From a virus (taxonomy: Duplodnaviria > Caudoviricetes): DNA of 64,000 bases. The notes beneath the pieces are model-generated. The model worked only from the letters and a program-made list of their open reading frames with translations. It had not been told where the DNA came from and ran no database searches. Both the position numbers and the translations under genes were made by a program. The stretch is taken from the IMG/VR virus record IMGVR_UViG_3300033463_000087, positions 1 to 64,000 of that record; one strand, given 5' to 3'. This document shows positions 8,679-20,137 of the stretch, piece by piece (within the stretch, counting starts at the first letter, position 1; every line of letters starts with the position of its first letter).

Positions 8679-11477
8679 TTACCAACCACGACTACAATAA
8701 ATTATAACTTTCCATTTAGAGCCATTAGTTGTAGTAAGTTGTTTATAAGTTGAACTACTTGAATCATTATCAATTATATAAAATGAATCACTTGTAAAGC
8801 AAGGGTACATTGTTAGATTTAATACATCGGCAGAAATAATAGATTTTACTGATCTTAAACCTTGTGTATCTTTTGTCCATATTTCAGAAACTATATCACC
8901 TGCATTATAACCATTTGTATCGTCTTCTAAACATTGAAATTTAATATTAACTACATTAGGCACAATACCTAAATTATGATTAAATGTTATAGTTGTATTT
9001 TGTGATAAAATATTAGTATTTCCTTGGCCAGGAAATGTATTATCATCTGAAATTGTAAAAGTATTATAGCAGAAAGGGTATGTAGTTATTTGAATATTGT
9101 CTGTACCATAACCAACTAAATTTATAAAACCTAATTTTACATAATTGGTTTTTGTCCATGCATCCGCACCAACCATTCCTGTTGCTTTATAACCAATATA
9201 AGGTTTTTTAGAAATATCTAAGAAATAGTTTCCAACTGACGGATTTTGAGGTAATACATAACCTTCAGAAATATTATTTGAAGCATTTTCATTGTTTATA
9301 TACATTTGAAAATAATAACAATTTATAGGTATATTTATTCCTTGATTTCCAGTTGATTGTCCTTCAACATAATTTATTACACCAGTTTTAGTTATTTCAA
9401 ATACAAATCTAAAACTTTTATAAGCTGTTGTTTGGTTTGAAATAATTATAGTTTTTATTTCATTTTCATCCCAAGAATCATTTGAAGCAGAAGCAAGTGG
9501 TTGTGGGTTATCCCATTTATTTGGTCCATCTTCTTCATTTGTTGCTTGAAACTCCCAATTTTTTGGTGTACATACAAGTTGATTTTCAATTCTAAAACAT
9601 GTTGCAAAAGCAGTAGGTTTTATTGCTTCAGGAAAATTAATTTCTAAATAAGCTATTGTAGGTGTTCCAGTAAATGTTTCAAGATTATTATAATATTTAT
9701 AATATACATTACCGACTTGAGTACCAGTAATAATAGTACCATCAAAAGCATTATAAGTAGTTTCAGATCTATATGTACTTCTAACAGTGCCTTCATTACT
9801 ATTAAAAATGAATTTATTTGCTGTATCAACTAAAGGAATTGCTGACGTTGTACCACCAGCAGTGGGTAAAAATGAAAAATTACCATTTTTTTCTTTAATT
9901 AAATAATAGTAACCATCTGCAGTTAAACCACCTAATTCTACATCTGAAGTTATTTTTTCAGTAGAACCATCAGGATAATTTAAAGTTAAAGGATTATCTT
10001 CGGAAGCATTTACAACTATATTATTTTCCGTATCAACTGACAGATAACTACTTCTACCATTAGTTGTAGGACCTGTTGATACCGTATAAACATTACCTAT
10101 ACCCACTAAAGCATTCTCTGAAATAGCATCGGCGGGTATTTTACCATTTTCATCCAAAACTAATAAACTATTAGGTGTCGGCGTAGAATATGCTGAATAA
10201 CTATTTACTGTTTTTATATCGCCATCAATTTGTTGTGTGAAAGTATTTTTACCTGTAAAAGTATTATCGCCAGTTATTGTTGCTTTTGTGTTTAATTGTG
10301 ATTGAACATTACTTGTTAAAGTATTTAAATATCCAAATTGTGTATTATTAACACTACCATCTCCAATTTGCATAGCATCAATATTTTTAACTAATCTGTA
10401 GCCAGGTATTGTTAAATATTGAGTATACAGTTCACCACTTGTATTTGTTCCATTAATATTTATAGAATAAATTTTACCATCACTATTTATTTGTACTTCG
10501 CCTAATTTAACATCATCCAAAGTTGTATAATCAATATTTTGTCCATTTTTTCTTAATGCTAATAATTGATAATTCGTAGTTAATCTTGCCGCCTCTGGAT
10601 TAGTAGTAATGATATTACCTTGAGCATCAGTATATTGAAGATTTCTAAAATCACCCTCATCTTCTTTATATCTAACAACAATATGATATAATCTTGAAGG
10701 TTCCCAAGCAGGGGTGCTACTACTACTTAAATTGTAACCACCATTTACAATATCTAAATCTGAATTATCAAAATCACTTAAATTAGTAATACATAAACTA
10801 ACTTTTAATACACCGCTTGTTAGTTGATTTAATGTTACTGTATCACCTTTAAAAGTTAAATAAATATCAGTTTTATTTGTATCATTTAAACTATACATTA
10901 AATTCATTACACTGATATTAGTTGAATCAGCATTGTCAGAAATTATTGTTTCAGGTAAAAATTTATCAGGTTCAGAAGCAGTACCAATAGATACAGTTAT
11001 TTCTGGATTTCCTTCAGCACTAAAAATTGTATTTACTTTTAATTTTATACCTTGTAAAATTGAACCTCTACCTAATTCTGCTAATTTTAAAGAAGCAGTG
11101 CTTGTTGTTTCACTTCTTAAATTATTAAAATAATCAAATAAATATGTTTGCCAATAAGGAATATTTAAATGTTCTTGAATAATATTACTTTGACTTACTG
11201 GTATTACTGTGCCTTGTGGAGATAAATTATCTAAAATAGATTCAACTTCTATTCTATTTCCATTTTGTGTATATGCAATAAAAGGTTTAATTTTAATAGT
11301 GTTTGTGTTCGTGCCTTGAGATAAATAATCAATTTGTTCACCAACAATACCGGGATTAAAAATACCATCTGCTGTTAATCTATTTTTTGTTTCTGTTCTC
11401 AAAGAATCTACAATTAATTGTAAATCTTCTGCAACAGGTTGCATATTTGAAAATTGTGGAAATGTAATTTGACTCAC
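8679..11477 (-). CDS. Baseplate-associated tail fibre / receptor-binding protein with F5/8-like domain
   Basis: 932 aa, GTG start, follows the baseplate genes; beta-rich; discoidin-like segment TPKNWEFQATN...AYKSFRFVF. Confidence 0.65.
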   Translation of the reverse strand: MSQITFPQFSNMQPVAEDLQLIVDSLRTETKNRLTADGIFNPGIVGEQIDYLSQGTNTNTIKIKPFIAYTQNGNRIEVESILDNLSPQGTVIPVSQSNIIQEHLNIPYWQTYLFDYFNNLRSETTSTASLKLAELGRGSILQGIKLKVNTIFSAEGNPEITVSIGTASEPDKFLPETIISDNADSTNISVMNLMYSLNDTNKTDIYLTFKGDTVTLNQLTSGVLKVSLCITNLSDFDNSDLDIVNGGYNLSSSSTPAWEPSRLYHIVVRYKEDEGDFRNLQYTDAQGNIITTNPEAARLTTNYQLLALRKNGQNIDYTTLDDVKLGEVQINSDGKIYSININGTNTSGELYTQYLTIPGYRLVKNIDAMQIGDGSVNNTQFGYLNTLTSNVQSQLNTKATITGDNTFTGKNTFTQQIDGDIKTVNSYSAYSTPTPNSLLVLDENGKIPADAISENALVGIGNVYTVSTGPTTNGRSSYLSVDTENNIVVNASEDNPLTLNYPDGSTEKITSDVELGGLTADGYYYLIKEKNGNFSFLPTAGGTTSAIPLVDTANKFIFNSNEGTVRSTYRSETTYNAFDGTIITGTQVGNVYYKYYNNLETFTGTPTIAYLEINFPEAIKPTAFATCFRIENQLVCTPKNWEFQATNEEDGPNKWDNPQPLASASNDSWDENEIKTIIISNQTTAYKSFRFVFEITKTGVINYVEGQSTGNQGINIPINCYYFQMYINNENASNNISEGYVLPQNPSVGNYFLDISKKPYIGYKATGMVGADAWTKTNYVKLGFINLVGYGTDNIQITTYPFCYNTFTISDDNTFPGQGNTNILSQNTTITFNHNLGIVPNVVNIKFQCLEDDTNGYNAGDIVSEIWTKDTQGLRSVKSIISADVLNLTMYPCFTSDSFYIIDNDSSSSTYKQLTTTNGSKWKVIIYCSRGW

Positions 11478-11496
11478 TTTATTTACCTCATTCTAT

Positions 11497-11516
11497 TATA
11501 TAAATCTAAATGAAAA
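11497..11516 (-). promoter_or_regulatory. Class-1 (putative late) promoter motif
   Basis: Plus-strand tatataaatctaaatgaaaa upstream of 11477. Confidence 0.7.
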
Positions 11517-11518
11517 CT

Positions 11519-12766
11519 CTAAAATGATATATATTCATCATCCGATGCAAACAATGCCACATTTGCTTCTACTAATAAGGCATCTAATACATCTGCTACT
11601 TCCATTTGTTCTTCAATGTTTAATATATATTTTGTATATACAGATTTTAATATATTCAATATAGATCTTATTTTATTAGTATCTATATTTCTATTGAAAA
11701 AATTATCGGTTTTTACTACAAAAGTAAAAGTTTTAAAATTTTGTCTCAATAATAATATTTTATTATTATCATTAGGTTGTTCATAATTTGTTTTAAAAGT
11801 ATAGTAACCGCTTTCAGGATTATAATAATTTCTATCAGAAAATTCCGTAGGATCTTTTTGGGCATAATTAATTGGATCTTCTAATTCTATATTATTAACC
11901 ACATAATCAGAACCAAGTAATTGTTTTCTTGTTCTTAATACCCAAGGGTAAAAATTTTTAAATGTTATTAAATCTGGCGTATAACCCACAAAATATTTCA
12001 ATACTTCTTTAATATAATTCCAAGCACCACCATTTTGATAAGCAACAGATAAATTTTGAAGAATTCTTCTATATTCTTCCATACTTATATTTTCTACATC
12101 TATAAATTTAAATAATGTACCAAAAGTTTTATTTAAAAAATTAGGTAAAGATTTATTTAAAAAATTAGCATTTTTTGTATCAATAACAAAACCAAATTCT
12201 TTATTTAAGGTATCGGCAAATGCTTGAAAAATATAATAAAAATTTGCACTACCAACTTCTTTATTATAAGCATTAAAATCCGCCACCGTAGCATACATTA
12301 TATCAATAATATCTTTCGTATAATTTTTAGGTATATTAAATTGTAATATATTACTCCAAATATCATCAATTTGAATAGTTTCATTAAAAAGCGTTGAACC
12401 TTTTAATACCTGACAATTTTTAGGATCACTAGATATTTTAATTCTTAAATAATAAGTTGTTTCTTCAAATTGATTTTTATTAAAATCAATAATACAAGAG
12501 AACACAATATTACCAATGTATTTATTTGTTTCATCAATGTTACTGAAATTAAATTGTTTTAAGTTAATTGTATCAAAAGTATCTTTGCTATCTATTTCTA
12601 ACTGAAAATCAATGTTTTCGTGTAAATTTAATATTTTATTTATGTCTTCTTTTTCTAATAATTCTTTTAAAGTATTAGTATCTAAAGACCAAGAAATATC
12701 AATCATACCATCTTTTAATGGTATTACTTTTAAATCATAACAAAGTGCATTTTCTGGTGTTATCAT
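11519..12766 (-). CDS. Baseplate wedge subunit
   Basis: Position after the J-like and gp25-like genes; wedge-like segment LNKTFG...EEYRRILQ...GGAWNYIKEVL. Confidence 0.55.
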   Translation of the reverse strand: MITPENALCYDLKVIPLKDGMIDISWSLDTNTLKELLEKEDINKILNLHENIDFQLEIDSKDTFDTINLKQFNFSNIDETNKYIGNIVFSCIIDFNKNQFEETTYYLRIKISSDPKNCQVLKGSTLFNETIQIDDIWSNILQFNIPKNYTKDIIDIMYATVADFNAYNKEVGSANFYYIFQAFADTLNKEFGFVIDTKNANFLNKSLPNFLNKTFGTLFKFIDVENISMEEYRRILQNLSVAYQNGGAWNYIKEVLKYFVGYTPDLITFKNFYPWVLRTRKQLLGSDYVVNNIELEDPINYAQKDPTEFSDRNYYNPESGYYTFKTNYEQPNDNNKILLLRQNFKTFTFVVKTDNFFNRNIDTNKIRSILNILKSVYTKYILNIEEQMEVADVLDALLVEANVALFASDDEYISF

Positions 12767-13479
12767 ATTGTTACACTCACATTAACATTTTTACCTGACA
12801 AACTATATATTTCAAAAGAAAATTTTAATTCTTTAGGGTTCGTAGAAGGCAAAACTTGAAAATTATCTATTTTTAATAATTTTTCATCGTCAGATAAAAT
12901 AGAATAATTTTGCATTTGTTCTTTTTGTATTTCTTGTATTGCATTTTGAATAGTATTTTGTGCTTTTAATAATACTAAAATAGTTTGTGGTTTACCAATT
13001 AAATTGGGTAATTCACTTCCATAATTAATATCAAATACATTAGATTCAATAGCAGTAATTATTCTTTTTTTAACTTTCTGAACTAACAAACTTAAACCTG
13101 TAGTTATCATTGGTTTACCTAAAACATCAAAATAAAAATCATTTGTTTTATTACTATTAAAAATACATTTAGGACAATGTTTGCTGTCTGTATAATATGT
13201 AGCATAATAAGTATTTTTAGGATATAAATTTTCTCTTACATCAACTTCAATATCATTAATATTAAATCTTATTGTTTTATAATTATTTCCTAATTCATAT
13301 TTTATATATTTTTTATTTTCTATAAATAAATTATTTTGATCTACAATTTTTAAATCTAAATTATTGCCGATGGCAGGTCTTTTAAGCATAGCATAATAAT
13401 TAGGGTATGTACCTTTAATATCCAATTTTTCATTTATTACTCTATGATTACAATTATTATTTAACTTAAAATCCCACAT
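12763..13479 (-). CDS. Baseplate wedge protein with gp25/GPW-like C-terminal domain
   Basis: LLVQKVKKRIITAIESNVFDINYGSELPNLIG pattern; adjacent to the J-like gene. Confidence 0.65.
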   Translation of the reverse strand: MWDFKLNNNCNHRVINEKLDIKGTYPNYYAMLKRPAIGNNLDLKIVDQNNLFIENKKYIKYELGNNYKTIRFNINDIEVDVRENLYPKNTYYATYYTDSKHCPKCIFNSNKTNDFYFDVLGKPMITTGLSLLVQKVKKRIITAIESNVFDINYGSELPNLIGKPQTILVLLKAQNTIQNAIQEIQKEQMQNYSILSDDEKLLKIDNFQVLPSTNPKELKFSFEIYSLSGKNVNVSVTI

Positions 13480-14897
13480 TATTCAAAAGTTATACTCAAT
13501 GAATTTTCATCCAATGAAGCATATTCTCCATAGTTAAATTCAAGTGTAGTTAAATTTTCATTTTCATCTCTTTTCTTAAATGTTTTGAAAGGATAAGATA
13601 CACTCGTTATATATTCAGAAAAATTAGTAGTTATATAAGTAAATAATTCTTCTTGTGAAAATTCTTGCCCTAATTTTAAAGAATTAATAAAATTAGCAAT
13701 ACCCGTTAAAATAATATTTTTATAGGTTTCGTTATTATAACTATAATTTAATTTTATATTTGTACCAACATCAATTATAATTCTTTGTGCTTGTGAAGCC
13801 AAAATAGTTCCTAAAATAAGATAATTACTTAATTGTTCCGTTAAAGTATTTTGGCAATCGCTTATTAACTTATTATAGGTATAAGTAACTGTAATAGTAG
13901 ATTCCGCAGGAATATTTTCCAAAGATTCAATAATTTCTAAATAATCACTAGCATAAATTGTATTTTTTGTATTTAATTTTGTATCTCTTACAAACCCAAA
14001 ATTAACTTCATTTCCGTTTATATATACGGATGTTACTTCTATTACAGGATTATATTTCAATCTATATTGTAATTTACCATAAACATAAGAAAATTCTTCG
14101 GTTATTGTTTGTTGCTTTGTACCACGAATATAACTTATAGCATAACCAGTTTCTGTGGGTTCTTCTGAAGAATTTGGGTGCAGTGTTTTTACTTCTTGAA
14201 CACCATCTACATTTGACATTAAATTGTTTATACCAGATTCTATATTTTTGGAAGCACCTAATATTGTATCTTGTATTCTTAAAGCATAAGAGGTATTTCC
14301 TTCTCTATCAGTGCCACCTATTGTAGGTAAATAATTATAACAACCCGTAATACCAGCAATAGCAGAAGGTAAAATTGTAATTGTTCCTACTCCAATATTA
14401 TATGCTGTACCGATTGAAGTCGCTTGTATAGGAGCACTTATTTCATAATAACCATGAGTTTCATTATAAGATACATCAGGCGTCATATAAACTGTTTCTG
14501 TTGTTACAAATTCATAAGTGTTACCATTTTCAGTTGTTAAAGTTTTAATAGTAATACCACCTGTACCATCTTCATTACCTATTCTTATTGTCTCCACAGG
14601 TTTAGTATTTGTTCTAAAAGTAATTGTGCCTGTTGCTAAATCACCAAGTTTTCTTGAAACTCCATAGTTAGCACCAAGTTCATCCATATCTTCTTCATCA
14701 ATATTTTCCGCATTTGTAACAAAAGTATTTAAATTATTAACATTATCAATTTCTTCGGAAAGATTAGCAATTTGAATTGATTGGGGGTCTACAAATATAT
14801 CTCTAATAACAGAACCTGTTTCTACTTCTGCTGTGGGAAAATTTGTTAATATTTGATTCACTAAATTATTTTTAATCTCTTCTGCACTTAAAGCCAT
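13479..14897 (-). CDS. Baseplate J-like protein
   Basis: ETGSVIRDIF, LDELGANYGVSRK.G..ATGTITF, GTAYNIGVGTI, GGTDREGN..YALRI motifs. Confidence 0.85.
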   Translation of the reverse strand: MALSAEEIKNNLVNQILTNFPTAEVETGSVIRDIFVDPQSIQIANLSEEIDNVNNLNTFVTNAENIDEEDMDELGANYGVSRKLGDLATGTITFRTNTKPVETIRIGNEDGTGGITIKTLTTENGNTYEFVTTETVYMTPDVSYNETHGYYEISAPIQATSIGTAYNIGVGTITILPSAIAGITGCYNYLPTIGGTDREGNTSYALRIQDTILGASKNIESGINNLMSNVDGVQEVKTLHPNSSEEPTETGYAISYIRGTKQQTITEEFSYVYGKLQYRLKYNPVIEVTSVYINGNEVNFGFVRDTKLNTKNTIYASDYLEIIESLENIPAESTITVTYTYNKLISDCQNTLTEQLSNYLILGTILASQAQRIIIDVGTNIKLNYSYNNETYKNIILTGIANFINSLKLGQEFSQEELFTYITTNFSEYITSVSYPFKTFKKRDENENLTTLEFNYGEYASLDENSLSITFE

Positions 14898-14918
14898 ATT
14901 ATTTTTACCTTATTTGTA

Positions 14919-14938
14919 TATAAAAATTTAAATGAAAA
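14919..14938 (-). promoter_or_regulatory. Class-1 promoter motif
   Basis: tataaaaatttaaatgaaaa upstream of 14897. Confidence 0.65.
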
Positions 14939-15424
14939 TCATTGTTTTATAGGAATATTATTTAGTTTATCTAATTGATCAGGTAATCTAGTAAGTTTTA
15001 ATGTAAGTTTTGGAATTTCTGTACTTACATATTCAATAGTCTTTGTAATATCTACTGCTCTTCCAACTGTTTGTTCATATTGCATAGCATATAATTTAGC
15101 GGCAGAAGTTGCCCAAGAAACTATTGAATCAATATTAGGCGGACTACTTAATGTTTCTAAAATTGATTTTATTGTTTCAATTTTTTCAGATAAACCAGAT
15201 AATTTTGACGTTTGATTTTCACCTTCTTTCGTTACTAAATTTTTTAATGATTTTATTTGTTCTTCAAAAAATAATTTTAATTGTTCAACCTCTTTTTTAG
15301 TATATTCTCTACCTGATTTTAGAGCATCATTAACTTTTTTATCTATTTGTTTATTAAAATTATCAATTTGTTTTTCTATTGTATCAAAACTTTGTTTTGT
15401 AGAATCATAAATGGGTGTTTCCAT
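14939..15424 (-). CDS. Hypothetical helical virion-module protein
   Basis: 161-aa ORF within the baseplate operon. Confidence 0.55.
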   Translation of the reverse strand: METPIYDSTKQSFDTIEKQIDNFNKQIDKKVNDALKSGREYTKKEVEQLKLFFEEQIKSLKNLVTKEGENQTSKLSGLSEKIETIKSILETLSSPPNIDSIVSWATSAAKLYAMQYEQTVGRAVDITKTIEYVSTEIPKLTLKLTRLPDQLDKLNNIPIKQ

Positions 15425-15426
15425 AA

Positions 15427-16461
15427 TTATTTAACCTCCACTGTTTCAGAAAGAATATCTTGCATTTTTACTATTATTTTTGGTGAATCCGTTGGAAATC
15501 CTAAATTACCTGTATGTGTATGAGAATTATAAGCATTTATAAGTTCAATAAGTAAATCTTGTAACTTATTTCCCCATACTGCTTGTTGCATTGTGCCATT
15601 ACCTAAAAAAATACCACTGCTTGTAATTTTTATTTGTTCACCATTTTTAATTGTTGCTGTAATTACACCATCTCTATCAACTTGTATGTTACAATTATTT
15701 GTATTTATTTCTATATTACCAGCATTATCAAAATCTACTTTACAATCATTTTGATGTCCTAATATTTGAAATTGAACATTATTACCAAAAGAACTTTGTT
15801 TTAAAGTATTAGTTCCTTCGTTATAAATATCTTTACCTACAGATATTTCCCATAATCTATCACCACATTGTTCCCCTGTTTCATTGGTTAAGTTAGGAAC
15901 ACGAGCAATGAGTTTGGCAGTACCATATTTATCAAAATATAATTCATTATTAAGATTTAAAGATGTTAAAGATATTTCACCAGGAACAATATATCTTATA
16001 GGTGTTGGTCTTATTTCTTTTTTAATGGCTGTGTCAATAAGAGGATCACCATAATTATTTAATTCAGGTAATTGTGTTTCGTTGCTTAAAATACCATGTT
16101 CAAAAGCAGCACAACGAGAATATATATTTTGAATAATTGGATAGTTTTTAGAATCAAAAGAAGCATATACTATATCACCTACCGATGGTAAATAATTTAA
16201 ACCATAACCTTGCATTGAAACTATTTCTGGTATTCTTACATTACAAGAAATATGTGGTTTTGCTTCTATCCATCTAATATCTATAGATCTATAACCAAAT
16301 TGCTGAAATTCAAATTGACCATCTTTTTTATTTTGCTCAAATAAATTATAATGAACTTTTATTATTTCACCTCTTAATGTTCTATCGAAATAATTCTTAT
16401 TTGCTAATCCACTAAATGGTGCATTATCACCCATTAAAACTTTATATATATTATCACTCAT
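15427..16461 (-). CDS. Baseplate central spike (gpV/gp5-like)
   Basis: N-terminal OB-fold-like YLPSVGDIV; C-terminal AYNSHTHTGNLGFPT, the HxH metal-binding tip of spikes. Confidence 0.8.
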   Translation of the reverse strand: MSDNIYKVLMGDNAPFSGLANKNYFDRTLRGEIIKVHYNLFEQNKKDGQFEFQQFGYRSIDIRWIEAKPHISCNVRIPEIVSMQGYGLNYLPSVGDIVYASFDSKNYPIIQNIYSRCAAFEHGILSNETQLPELNNYGDPLIDTAIKKEIRPTPIRYIVPGEISLTSLNLNNELYFDKYGTAKLIARVPNLTNETGEQCGDRLWEISVGKDIYNEGTNTLKQSSFGNNVQFQILGHQNDCKVDFDNAGNIEINTNNCNIQVDRDGVITATIKNGEQIKITSSGIFLGNGTMQQAVWGNKLQDLLIELINAYNSHTHTGNLGFPTDSPKIIVKMQDILSETVEVK

Positions 16462-19187
16462 TATTTAACCTCTACCCTTGGCAACAATATTGTTGAACTA
16501 TCATTTGGCAATATATTTGGATTATTATTTGGTAACAATACTTTTGAAGTATCATTTTTAATTGATTCCCAAATATCAGATTGTACTATTTCAATTCTTT
16601 GTGCTTGCATTGCAAATGGATTTGTATATATATCATTTTTAAATAAGTTTACCTCTTGATTTTTAATTAATTGAACTTGTTTGGTTTTAAATAAATTTTT
16701 TATTTCATTTTTTGAAGTTATTACTTGACCATTTTTAAAACTATTTTTTATTTTTCTTTTATTATTTAATTTAGACTTAATTGTTGAACCTTGAATTTTT
16801 TTCTTTCTTTTTTCTTCTTTTTGTATCTGTTTAGATGTAAAATATGGATTTACATCAAATGGTATTTCCCAAAAAAATCCATCTAAATAACAATCTCTTA
16901 TTACATCTTCACTATTATATAATCTACTTATTTCATTTTGAATTTCACTTGAATTAGCAGGATAATTATGATTTTTTATATAAATATTATATATATAATT
17001 TTGTAAAGCAGATAAATTAAATTTAAAATTTAAGCTATTATTTACATTTTTAATTGTTTCTTCATAAGTATTACATAAAGATAATTGCTTATTAAAATTT
17101 GTTAAAGAAGCAAGCATTAAATTATTATCTGTTTGTAATTCTGAAGTTATCGTTTTAAATGTACCATCGCTATTTGTTCCATTAATTACTGGAATTTTTG
17201 ATTCAACTGAACCACCTGGCATGCTGCTTAATGCTAATATATTTCTTAAATAAGTACCGTTTAAGCTTGTTGTAAAATTACCACCTACTTGATAAGAGTG
17301 TGAATAAGATTCTATATAAAATAATTTTTTTAAATCTTTTATATAAGCATATTTATCCATTTTAATTCCAGGTTCACCTTGCATTTGTACTTTTATGTTT
17401 GCGAGTGCCTTTCTATTATATCTATTCATCATTTGCTTTGAGGCATATCTCATTGCTGTCGATTCAACTATTCCTGGCATTTCTAATATTTGCATCATCT
17501 TTTCGCCATATTTAGCAATAGAATCATAATCTTTAATACAATCATTAATCATACTTAAATTTAAATCATATAAAAAACTAGCCTTTGTGCATTGTATATT
17601 TGCAATAGATTCAGTATTTTGTGTTTGTGAAAATGAATTAATTTGTGTCAAAACATTAGGGTCTGTACCAGTTTCTGAATCAATATTGTTTTTGTATAAA
17701 TGTTGTAAAGTTATATCAACAACTGAAAAATGAATAGTGCCATAAGGGTCATCATAGAAATTGAACATTAATTTATCAGCAATACCTTTTATAAATTGAT
17801 ATACTGTACTAAAATTTGCTTGAAACATTTCACTAAATGTTTCGAATTGATATTGATAAGCGGGTTGTTTTGTACCTTTTATAACAAATATTGGTTGTTG
17901 ATTCCAACCGTCTTGTTCACTAATAAAAGAATTTTGTGTTATTTGTATCTCATTTTCTTCTTCTTTTACAAATTTATTAAAATTTTTACTAATTAAATCA
18001 TTATATTTTTTTCTTAATTCCGCCAATTTAGAATTTAAACTTGTTTGACTTTTTTTATTTTGATCTTTAATGCTTGTTTTTAAATTCTCTTCTACCTTCT
18101 TTTTTTCTTCTGCACTAGCATGAATATTTATTTCAAAATATTTATCAAATTCATTTTTTACATTTCTTATTTCTGGTATATTATTTAAACCTGAATAAGT
18201 TCTAGTAATTGCATTTTTTATAATTTTTTCGTTTTCTAGTGTATATTTACCATCACTATCACTTGTAGTTGCACCAGTAGTATAAGCCGATAATGGTAAT
18301 ATTGCTGCACCTGAATCTTTTGAAGCAACTGCATTATTTTGTAATATTCTAGTCCAAGTTAATTTTTTAGAAGGACCAGTACAATGTATTTCTAAATTTT
18401 GAGTACCATTTTCATAAGAAAAACTTTCATTAACGTCATTAATATAACCCGTAAAAACGGTGGTAAATGGATCATTTTCTTCGGATTTATAAATATCTTG
18501 ATAACTTGTTATAGAACTTTTCTTAAAAGAATTTAATAAAGAGGTAGGTGTTGTATTTTTCTTTTCCATTCTAACAATTATAATATCATTAGTATCAAAA
18601 TAACATTTTAAATGTCTTAAATAATTTTCTCTATCATTAAAATATTTAAAATTAAATTTATAATCTTGATTATTTAAATTTATATCACAACTTGATTGAC
18701 CATTAACCGAAAAAGAACAATTAAAGCTAGTTACATTTGGAATACCTGCTTTACTTTGACCATCTATTTGAAATACATAAGCAAGTTTTGTAAAATCTAT
18801 TAAAGGGCAATTTCTTAATTCTAATAAGTCAGTTAAAAACCAAATTCCATCAAAAGGTATAATTTCACCCGTATCTTTATCATATACATTAGATTCTTCA
18901 TTTTTATTTATTTTTATTTCCGTATATTTTAACTCATTATAATTTTTGCTATTTATATTATTAAACATTAGTGGTGTTAATTTAACTTTGTTATTATCTA
19001 AAACATTTACATTATCAACCCATTGACCTACTTTATTTAAAAAAGATTTATTACTATTAGATAGTAAATCAGCATAATAAGATTCAAAATCTTCTTGATT
19101 ATAAGGATCTATTTGTTTAATAATATAAATTTTACAATTATTGTTAGCAGTATAAGACGTACTATTATTTGCTGATAAAATGCCCAT
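16461..19187 (-). CDS. Baseplate hub protein
   Basis: 908 aa between the tube-initiator-like gene and the spike; FNFYDDPYGTIHF and late-control-D-like C-terminal motifs. Confidence 0.7.
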   Translation of the reverse strand: MGILSANNSTSYTANNNCKIYIIKQIDPYNQEDFESYYADLLSNSNKSFLNKVGQWVDNVNVLDNNKVKLTPLMFNNINSKNYNELKYTEIKINKNEESNVYDKDTGEIIPFDGIWFLTDLLELRNCPLIDFTKLAYVFQIDGQSKAGIPNVTSFNCSFSVNGQSSCDINLNNQDYKFNFKYFNDRENYLRHLKCYFDTNDIIIVRMEKKNTTPTSLLNSFKKSSITSYQDIYKSEENDPFTTVFTGYINDVNESFSYENGTQNLEIHCTGPSKKLTWTRILQNNAVASKDSGAAILPLSAYTTGATTSDSDGKYTLENEKIIKNAITRTYSGLNNIPEIRNVKNEFDKYFEINIHASAEEKKKVEENLKTSIKDQNKKSQTSLNSKLAELRKKYNDLISKNFNKFVKEEENEIQITQNSFISEQDGWNQQPIFVIKGTKQPAYQYQFETFSEMFQANFSTVYQFIKGIADKLMFNFYDDPYGTIHFSVVDITLQHLYKNNIDSETGTDPNVLTQINSFSQTQNTESIANIQCTKASFLYDLNLSMINDCIKDYDSIAKYGEKMMQILEMPGIVESTAMRYASKQMMNRYNRKALANIKVQMQGEPGIKMDKYAYIKDLKKLFYIESYSHSYQVGGNFTTSLNGTYLRNILALSSMPGGSVESKIPVINGTNSDGTFKTITSELQTDNNLMLASLTNFNKQLSLCNTYEETIKNVNNSLNFKFNLSALQNYIYNIYIKNHNYPANSSEIQNEISRLYNSEDVIRDCYLDGFFWEIPFDVNPYFTSKQIQKEEKRKKKIQGSTIKSKLNNKRKIKNSFKNGQVITSKNEIKNLFKTKQVQLIKNQEVNLFKNDIYTNPFAMQAQRIEIVQSDIWESIKNDTSKVLLPNNNPNILPNDSSTILLPRVEVK

Positions 19188-19196
19188 ATTCCCTCA

Positions 19197-20012
19197 CTAT
19201 AAAAAGACACCTTTTAATAATTTATCTCCACCTGTAATCATTGATGCTACATATTCTGCATTATCACCTAATTGACTAAAGAAATTTAAAATTCTTGCTT
19301 CAGGGAAATTACTAATTAAACTTTGACTAATCCAATCAACTGAACTATTTACTACCTTAAATGTAAAATTATATTGATATTGTCTTGGTTTATCACTTGC
19401 TGATTCACTATAATCAAATGTTAAAAAATAACCCCAATAAAGTGTATAATCATAAATTATAAAAGATTGTGCTCTTGCTGCTGTACCATTTCTTATGGCT
19501 TCTAATAAATCTGATCTACCTGTTTTTACTTCTGTATTTTTATTGTCTGCAAAAGCATTATATAATTTTTGTGAACCTTTAAATAAAGTAGCATAACCTG
19601 CATTCATTAAATCACCTAAACTACCTACTCTTTCTTTATCTAATTTATAAATTTGTTCAAGTTTCATCATAAATCTATCAATATCTGCCCATTGTTTAGG
19701 ACCATGAGCAGAAGTACCAGAACTTGAAGTTAAAGAATTTACATAGGATTCAGTATTTGCAGTAACATAATCAGATTGTTTATATTGATAAGGATTACCA
19801 ATTTTAGATGCTGTAATACCACGTACTGTAATAATGTCTCTTTCATTACCCCAATGTATATCAACGAAACCTGAATTTGTTAATACTTCACTATTTCTTT
19901 TTCTACTTGATTTTTGAAATGATTGTGGATTAGGTCTAAAAACTAAAAATAAACCCATATCTAAATTTCCAACCATCATTCTTTTTAACATTGAACGTAC
20001 ATCTAAAGCCAT
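19197..20012 (-). CDS. Tail tube initiator / baseplate tube-like protein
   Basis: FRPNPQSF...HWGNERDIITVRG and YWGYFLTFDYSES...YQYNFTF pattern; follows the tape measure gene. Confidence 0.6.
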   Translation of the reverse strand: MALDVRSMLKRMMVGNLDMGLFLVFRPNPQSFQKSSRKRNSEVLTNSGFVDIHWGNERDIITVRGITASKIGNPYQYKQSDYVTANTESYVNSLTSSSGTSAHGPKQWADIDRFMMKLEQIYKLDKERVGSLGDLMNAGYATLFKGSQKLYNAFADNKNTEVKTGRSDLLEAIRNGTAARAQSFIIYDYTLYWGYFLTFDYSESASDKPRQYQYNFTFKVVNSSVDWISQSLISNFPEARILNFFSQLGDNAEYVASMITGGDKLLKGVFL

Positions 20013-20025
20013 TGTAAATCTCCTA

Positions 20026-20045
20026 TATAAAAATCTAAATGAAAT
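20026..20045 (-). promoter_or_regulatory. Class-1 promoter motif
   Basis: tataaaaatctaaatgaaat upstream of 20012. Confidence 0.7.
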
Positions 20046-20101
20046 ATTATAAATATCTTAATTTTATATATAATTAAAAATAATTATTTACTTTTTATAA
20101 A

Positions 20102-20116
20102 AAATTTATTATAATA
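20102..20116 (+). promoter_or_regulatory. Class-2 promoter motif (variant)
   Basis: aaatttattataata upstream of 20138. Confidence 0.55.
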
Positions 20117-20137
20117 TTAATATAGGAGGATAGTTAT